A stretch of DNA of 39,142 nucleotides. It comes from Chiloscyllium plagiosum. Its lineage: Eukaryota. Shown in pieces: positions 32,935 to 39,142 of the stretch. Location of the stretch: NCBI RefSeq assembly GCF_004010195.1, contig NC_057758.1:9646162-9685303 (forward strand). Direction: 5' to 3'. The first letter of the stretch is position 1, and each line of letters opens with the position of its first letter. A model generated the notes under the pieces. It was not told the origin of the DNA, ran no database searches, and worked only from the letters and a program-made list of their open reading frames with translations. The translations under genes and the position numbers were made by a program.

Positions 32935-34711
32935 CCCCTTATTAGCTGACCTTGCATACTGAATGCTTTCAATATTGTTAAATGGCTCTACGTAATTACT
33001 GCTTTTCCACCTCGTTATCCCATTACCCTTGCCTCCAGCACTCCATTGTTAACTGTAAATTCTTATCTAATCTGAGTCATGCTGAGGTGAACCTCTTGAT
33101 TCACAAAACTCAGAATTTAACCCTTTCTCTGCCTGCATATATGCTACACACATTCTCACCAGGCCTAGAGCAGTATGGGCAATGGCAAGCAATGTGTAAA
33201 AATATTGCGTGAATGAAATAACCTGATTATTTGATCAAAAGAAGAATTCAGAGTTTCCTTTTTTAGGTTTAAACAATGAATTATATATCTCTTCTAATAA
33301 GTGACCATTAGCTTATTTCATACATTTGCATCTCATTAGCTGTTATTTTCCATGCAGCTCATAGTTCTTCCCTTCTGAGAAATTCGATTTGAACTAGTTT
33401 CAGGCATGACGGTCAGAGTGGTTACCTGTTGGCAGCTACTGGTTTCTTCCTTGTTGAAAGGGCTTTGTCCTACTGTGTCTTCACACAATGTCTATGAAAT
33501 ATTCAGAGGTGCTGTTTTCCCCAATGCACGTCAGCATCAGCAAATGCTCATTTTCACCACGTACCAGGCCTGCTGTCTGTCTAAACCGCACACGACTTCA
33601 CCACTTTCATATTTCACTTTGAGCTCATGAACATCTGTGATTTGCACACTTCTGGCAGGTTGCTTTAAACACCGAGGCGCGCACATGCAGCTCTACAGCA
33701 TAAATCTTACAGGTCTTGGCTTCATTCTTCCTGCTTCCTCACTTTGCACTGACTTTAATCTGGGCAGCCTTTTTTTGGTTTGCTTTGTTGTTTAATGCAA
33801 AGGAAGAGGCAGGTGACTTGTCACAGTCGGGATGGTCCAACAGGCAAGGAGGTGGACATGTTGCCAAACAATACTGTGCGACATTTAATGTTACACTTAC
33901 CGCATATACTAGCAGCTTGAGTGATACACTATGCATACTCCAACCAAATGGTGGCAATTCAAATGGGACAGTCCTTGGTGTTGTTTGGGGGAACGACAGT
34001 CATTCAGCGGGAATATAAAACTTTACGCCCTTTGGTTCTTGATGTTGTGCTGACCTTTATCCGACTCTGAGGTCAAGCTAACCTACGTATGTTTTATTTT
34101 ACTATCATCAATGTGCTTATCAAAAGTACCTTAAATGTCCCTATGTATCTGACTCTACCAGCACTGCTGGCGGTGCATTGCACACAAGCACCACTCTTTG
34201 TAAAGAACCAACCTCTGATATCTCTCCTAAATCTTCCTCCAATTGTCGTCCCATTTTCCTCTTAAGAAGTAGCAAAACATTCTGAGACTCGGTATGGTTT
34301 TACCTCCTTCATCATTATTCTCTCCCTGGAGGGAGAGAGAACAATTGCCCGTGTGCTCAGAGACATGAGTCCACCGTCTTCTCTGGAACAGCATTTTCTT
34401 AATGAATTATATAGTCATTTTACAGGGAGGAGCATCCAGATAAGGCAACATAAATATTGATTGGGTGACCATTACAATCAGCAAGTGTCAATAGTAACGA
34501 TTTAGCCATCTGCTGTTACACAATGAATGTTCGTAATCTTAACTGGCTTTACATAATGAATACTGTTCACCTTGTTCAACTGACTTTACATGCTGAATGC
34601 TTCCAATATTGCAAAATGGCTCTATATAATGAATGTGTTTTCACCTTGTTAACCCATTACCATTGCCTCCAGCACCCCATTGTTAACTGCAAGTTCTTAT
34701 CTAATCTGAGT

Positions 34712-35449
34712 TGAAACTTTATTGCTGGAACAGCGCAGCAGGTCAGGCAGCATCCAGGGAACAGGAGATTCGACGTTTCGGGCACAGGCCCTTCTTCAGG
34801 AATGAGCAGAGAGTGTTCAGCAGGAGAAGATAAAAGGTAGGGAGGAGGGACTTGGAGGAGGGGCATTGGAAATGTGATAGGTGGAAAGAGGACAAGGTGA
34901 GGGTGATAGGTCGGAGTAGGAGGGAGGCGGAGAGGACAAGAAGAAGACTGCAGGACAGGAAGGCGGTGCNNNNNNNNNNNNNNNNNNNNNNNNNNNNNNN
35001 NNNNNNNNNNNNNNNNNNNNNNNNNNNNNNNNNNNNNNNNNNNNNNNNNNNNNNNNNNNNNNNNNNNNNNNNNNNNNNNNNNNNNNNNNNNNNNNNNNNN
35101 NNNNNNNNNNNNNNNNNNNNNNNNNNNNNNNNNNNNNNNNNNNNNNNNNNNNNNNNNNNNNNNNNNNNNNNNNNNNNNNNNNNNNNNNNNNNNNNNNNNN
35201 NNNNNNNNNNNNNNNNNNNNNNNNNNNNNNNNNNNNNNNNNNNNNNNNNNNNNNNNNNNNNNNNNTCCTCCATGTCCCTCCTCCCTACCTTTTATCTTCT
35301 CCTGCTGAACACTCTCTGCTCATTCCTGAAGAAGGGCCTGTGCCCGAAACGTCGAATCTCCTGTTCCCTGGATGCTGCCTGACCTGCTGCGCTGTTCCAG
35401 CAATAAAGTTTCAACTTTGATCTCCAGCATCTGCAGACCTCACTTTCTC
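34712..35449 (+). mobile_element. Penelope-like insertion with inverted terminal arms, spanning the gap 34970-35265
   Basis: 34712-34850 is the reverse complement of about 35275-35414; 16-bp TSD cttatctaatctgagt at 34696-34711 and 35450-35465. Confidence 0.8.
35322..35357 (+). ncRNA. Minimal type I hammerhead ribozyme motif
   Basis: ATTC CTGAAGA A GGGC ctgt GCCC GAAAC GTC GAAT: stem I ATTC/GAAT, stem II GGGC/GCCC, palindromic ACGT stem III, GUC cleavage triplet. Confidence 0.65.
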
Positions 35450-37167
35450 CTTATCTAATCTGAGTCATGCTCAGCTGAACCTCTTGTTTCACAAAACTCA
35501 AAACGTAACTCTTTCTCTACACACATTCTCGCAATCACCTTAATATTATGCCCCCTTGTGATATCCATTTATGCCCTGAGGTAAAAGTTTCTGACTATTC
35601 ACTCGATCTGTATCTCTCATTAGCTTGGACACTTCTCACCCTTTTTCGCTCCAATGAGGATATCTTTAGCTCCCTCAATCTTTCTTCATAAGACACATCC
35701 TCCAGTCCTGGCAGCACCCTGGTAAATCTCTGCACCCTCTCGAAAGCTTCCACATCCTTCCTAGAATGAGGCAACCAGAACTGAACATAATATTCCAAGA
35801 GTGATTTAACCACTGCTCGACAGAGCTGCAGCATAACTTTGTGGCTGTTAAACTCCATCCCCCACTAATGAAAGCCAACACACCATATGCCGCCTTAACA
35901 ACCCTATCAACTTGAGTAGTAACTTTGAGGGATCTATGGACATGGACCCCAAGATCCCCTGTTCCTTCACACTGTCAGGAATTCTGTCTCGAACTGTATT
36001 CTGCATTCAAATTCAACCTTCCAAAATGAATCCCTTCACATTTTTCCAGGTTGACATCCATCTGCTACTTATCCGATTTTTGCATCCTGTGTATGTCCCA
36101 TTGCAACCTACACCTGCCCTCCACACTATCCACCACTCCACCAACCTTCGTGTCATTGGTAGACCTACTAACACTCCTTCCACTTTCTTATCAAAGGCAT
36201 TTATAACAACCACAAAGAGCAGAGGTCTCAGAACCAATTCCTGCGGAACATCACTTGTCACTGAGCTCTCGGCTGAATGCTTTCCATCTACCATCACCCT
36301 CTGTCTTCTATGGGCCAGCCAATTCTGGTCCAGACAGCCAAATTTCCCTGTATCCCATGCCACCTTACTTTCTAAATGAGCCTACCAAGAGGAGTCTTAT
36401 CAAATGCCCTGCTAAAATCCATAGTCACGACATGCACTACTCTACCTTCAATGCATTTTGTCACATCCTAAAAGAATTCTATAAGGCTTGTGAGGCATAT
36501 CCTGCTCCTCTCAAAGCCATGCTGACTATCTCTAATCAAACTAAGGATTTATAATTGCTTGGAAATCCAGTCTCTGAGAACCCTCTCCAATAATTTACCC
36601 ACCACAGACATAAGACTGACTGGTTTATAATTCCCAGGATTATCCCTACTGGTATTCCTTTTCTTGATCAAGGGAATAACATTTGCCACCCTCAAATTAC
36701 CTGGTATTAATCCAGTTGACAATGAGGACGCAAAGCACATTATCAAAGGTGTCGCAATGTCTTTCCTCGCTTTCCTGTGGTAACCTTGGGTATATCCTGT
36801 CTGGCTCAGGGGACTTATCTATCCTTATGTTTTTCAAATTTTTCAGCACATCCTCCTTCTTAACATCAACCTGTTTGAGCATATCAGCCTGTTTCACGCT
36901 GTCCTCGCAAGCGACAAGGTTCCTCTCAGTAGAGAATACTGAAGCAAAGTATTCATTAACTACCTCCCCTATCTCCTCCAACTCCAGCCATAATCTCCAC
37001 TATCCCTGATCGGCCGCACCCTCACTCTGACTATCATCTGGTTCCTCATGTAAGTGTAGAATACCTTAAGCTTTTCCTTAATCCTATTCGCTAAAGCTTT
37101 TTCATGCCCCCTTCTAGCTGTCTTAAGTGCATTCTTCAGTTGCTTCCTGGCTACCTTGTAACTCTTG

Positions 37168-37238
37168 GGGTACTACCATTGTCAGTAGAGAAGGTGGGTA
37201 CTACCATTGTCAGTAGAGAAGGTGGGTACTACCATTGT
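37168..37238. repeat. 28-bp tandem repeat, 2.5 copies
   Basis: gggtactaccattgtcagtagagaaggt repeated perfectly. Confidence 0.95.
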
Positions 37239-37339
37239 TAGCTGCCATAATCTGAATTCACCAACAAGAAACAGTTTTACAGAGAAGGTGAATGATGCAA
37301 TGGGTTAGCTTATCTGCTGATATACTCAAAGGTTCATAA

Positions 37340-38196
37340 GTATCCATTTTCCCTGGAGCGTCGGAGGCTGAGGGGTGACCTGATAGAGGTTTACAAAATT
37401 ATGAGGGGCATGGATAGGATAAATAGGCAAAGTCTTTTCCCTGGGGTCGGGGAGTCCAGAACTAGAGGGCATAGGTTTAGGGTGAGAGGGGAAAGATATA
37501 AAAGAGGACTGCACAAAACACTATATAGGACAAACAGGAAGACAGCTAACAATCCGCATACATGAACATCAACTAGCCATGAAATGACACGACCAGCTAT
37601 CCTTAGTAGCCACACACGCAGACAACAAGCAACATGAATTCGACTGGGACAACACTACTATCATAGGGCAAGCCAGACAGAGAACAGCCAGGGAATTCCT
37701 AGAGACATGGCATTCATCCACAAACTCCATCAACAAACACCCAATATACCAACCACTACAGCGGACAGCTGAAACTGACAACCGGAAGCGGCAGGGACAG
37801 ACCATTATAAACACCGGAGGAAACATCAAAGAAGCGCTTCGCAGGAGGCTCCCAAGCACTGATGATGTCGCCTAGCCAGGGGACGAAACGTACAGCACGG
37901 AAACAGACCCTTCGGCCCAACCCATCCATGCTGACCAGATATCCCAACCCAATCTAGTCCCACCTGCCAGCACCCGGCCCATATCCCTCCAAACCCTTCC
38001 TATTCATATACCCATCCAAATGCCTCTTCAATGTTGCAATTGTACCGGCCTCCACCACATCCTCTGGCAGCTCATTCCATACACGTACCACCCTCTGCGT
38101 GAAAAGGTTGCCCCTTAGGTCTCTTTTATATTCAAAGTTTGTGCGAAGATTTGTAGCTCGGGTCTGTTTCCGTGCTGTACATCTCTATGACTCTAT
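37340..38196 (+). mobile_element. Young CR1 3' end with Penelope insertion (37507-37891) and internal inversion (37890-38160)
   Basis: GIY-YIG CTKHYIGQTGRQLTIRIHEH on +; CR1 3' UTR inverted; TSD atataaaagag present once in each orientation. Confidence 0.85.
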
Positions 38197-38499
38197 CCAG
38201 GTCGGTGAATAGACAAACAAATTTTTAGAACTGTTGCTGTGTAAACTGTTTGAATTTTCCATGAAATTGACCCTGCAAATGCAAAAGGATGCAAACACAT
38301 GATGAAGTTAAAGAGAAACTGTTGTTCATGGCATCCCAGGAACCTTTTGACCTTGTCGTTATGGGTGATGCAAAGTATTAGGTATAAGATAAAACTGAGG
38401 TCCTCACTGAATTCAGAGTAAACTGACTCCAATTACAATATGTTGACTAACTCCAGAAAATATTTGTGGATTCCAGTATTAATAAAGAGTTCTATAACA

Positions 38500-38755
38500 A
38501 TTTTCCCTTGGGTGTGAGAGTCCAGGACTGGAGGGCATAGGTTTAGGGTGAGGTGGGAAAGATTTAAAAGGGACCTAAGGAGCAACTTTTTCACGTTTTG
38601 AGTGTGTGTGTGAGAGAGAGAGACGTAGAGAATGAGCTGCCAGAGGAAGTGGTGGAGGGTGGTACAATTACAATGTTTAAAAGGCATCTCGATCGGTATA
38701 TGAATAGGAAGAATTTAGAAGGATATGGGCCAAGTGCTGGCAAATGGGACTAGCT
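38500..38755 (+). mobile_element. CR1 3' fragment
   Basis: gggcataggtttagggtgag...aatgagctgccagaggaagtggtggag. Confidence 0.85.
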
Positions 38756-39142
38756 GGTCGGGAAGGTAAGTGATTGTTATTTAAGAACTTACCTCGACAC
38801 CAACAGTCTTTTTGCAGCAGAGAGCAGCGGGAGCTGGGTGGAAGTGAAGTCAGAGCACATAGCCGGTCAGGAAGGCAGGTGATTGTTATTTGAGGGGTGT
38901 GTTCTAGACCCCAGGTCCTACAAAGTAGGGCCTCCCTCCCACCCTCGTCCTCTAACCTAAATTAAAAGTTCACAGACTTGCCCCAAAAAGAGGGTCCAAG
39001 GAAGTTCCTGTGGATTGAAGAGTGAGGCTTTAGCTCAGGAGTCTTTGACAAGGAGGTTGAGTGAAGTGATTACGCCACAGTTGAAGAGGGTGAAGACATG
39101 ACTGCCCAGCTGGTTCAGTGTGCTACGTGCTTGATGTGGGAG
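38756..39142 (+). mobile_element. CR1 LINE 5' UTR and start of ORF1
   Basis: ATG at 39098 gives MTAQLVQCATCLMWE (CxxC start typical of CR1 ORF1); duplicated ggtc.ggaagg...gtgattgttattt units in the UTR. Confidence 0.65.

Larger units (their letters stand above)
29298..33158 (-). mobile_element. ERV-B: internally deleted class I provirus (5' LTR, PBS, leader, gag, part of pro, partial 3' LTR)
   Basis: 5' LTR 32394-33158; 3' LTR remnant 29298-29609 shares diagnostic gaggccaagcccttt and caatgggtgttcttaactttgttaactgga; degenerate Ser PBS 32372-32389. Confidence 0.85.
34244..35531 (-). mobile_element. Solo LTR of the ERV-B/ERV-C family with a nested Penelope-like insertion
   Basis: Homologous to 17221-17763; 4-bp TSD caat at 34240-34243 and 35532-35535. 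Confidence 0.85.
34060..37165 (-). mobile_element. CR1 LINE ORF2 and 3' UTR, interrupted by a solo LTR
   Basis: GEVVNEYFASVFS, PGNYKPVSL, LEYYVQFWLPH; CR1 3' sequence continuous across 34243/35532. Confidence 0.85.

Noticed and set aside
33160..34050. Unique sequence with short ORFs and a minus-strand GTAAGT near 33895-33900
   Set aside because: No recognisable protein motif or matching acceptor
37168..37238. CRISPR-like repeat
   Set aside because: Contiguous tandem duplication with no spacers, in a eukaryotic context

Overview
Repeat-dense vertebrate genomic DNA with two assembly gaps (1280-1779, 34970-35265). The HE1-type SINEs and CR1/HER1-type LINEs point to a cartilaginous fish (shark). 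No intact host gene is recognisable; one candidate host exon lies at 24996-25091. The window holds decayed CR1 LINEs, HE1 SINEs, hammerhead-bearing Penelope-like fragments and a minus-strand cluster of class I (gamma/epsilon-like) endogenous retroviruses. ERV-A (6990-17219) has gag, pro, a 2H-phosphoesterase-like insert, RT, RNase H, IN, gamma-type env, PPT and 3' LTR. ERV-B (29298-33158) has a 5' LTR, tRNA-Ser PBS, leader, gag and a large internal deletion. ERV-C (17221-20545) shares LTRs, PBS and leader with ERV-B but has no recognisable viral genes and instead carries an intronless RBPMS2 (Hermes)-like sequence just upstream of its PPT. This candidate retroviral capture of a host mRNA is the most notable observation. 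All homology calls come from motif recognition by eye, not database searches.
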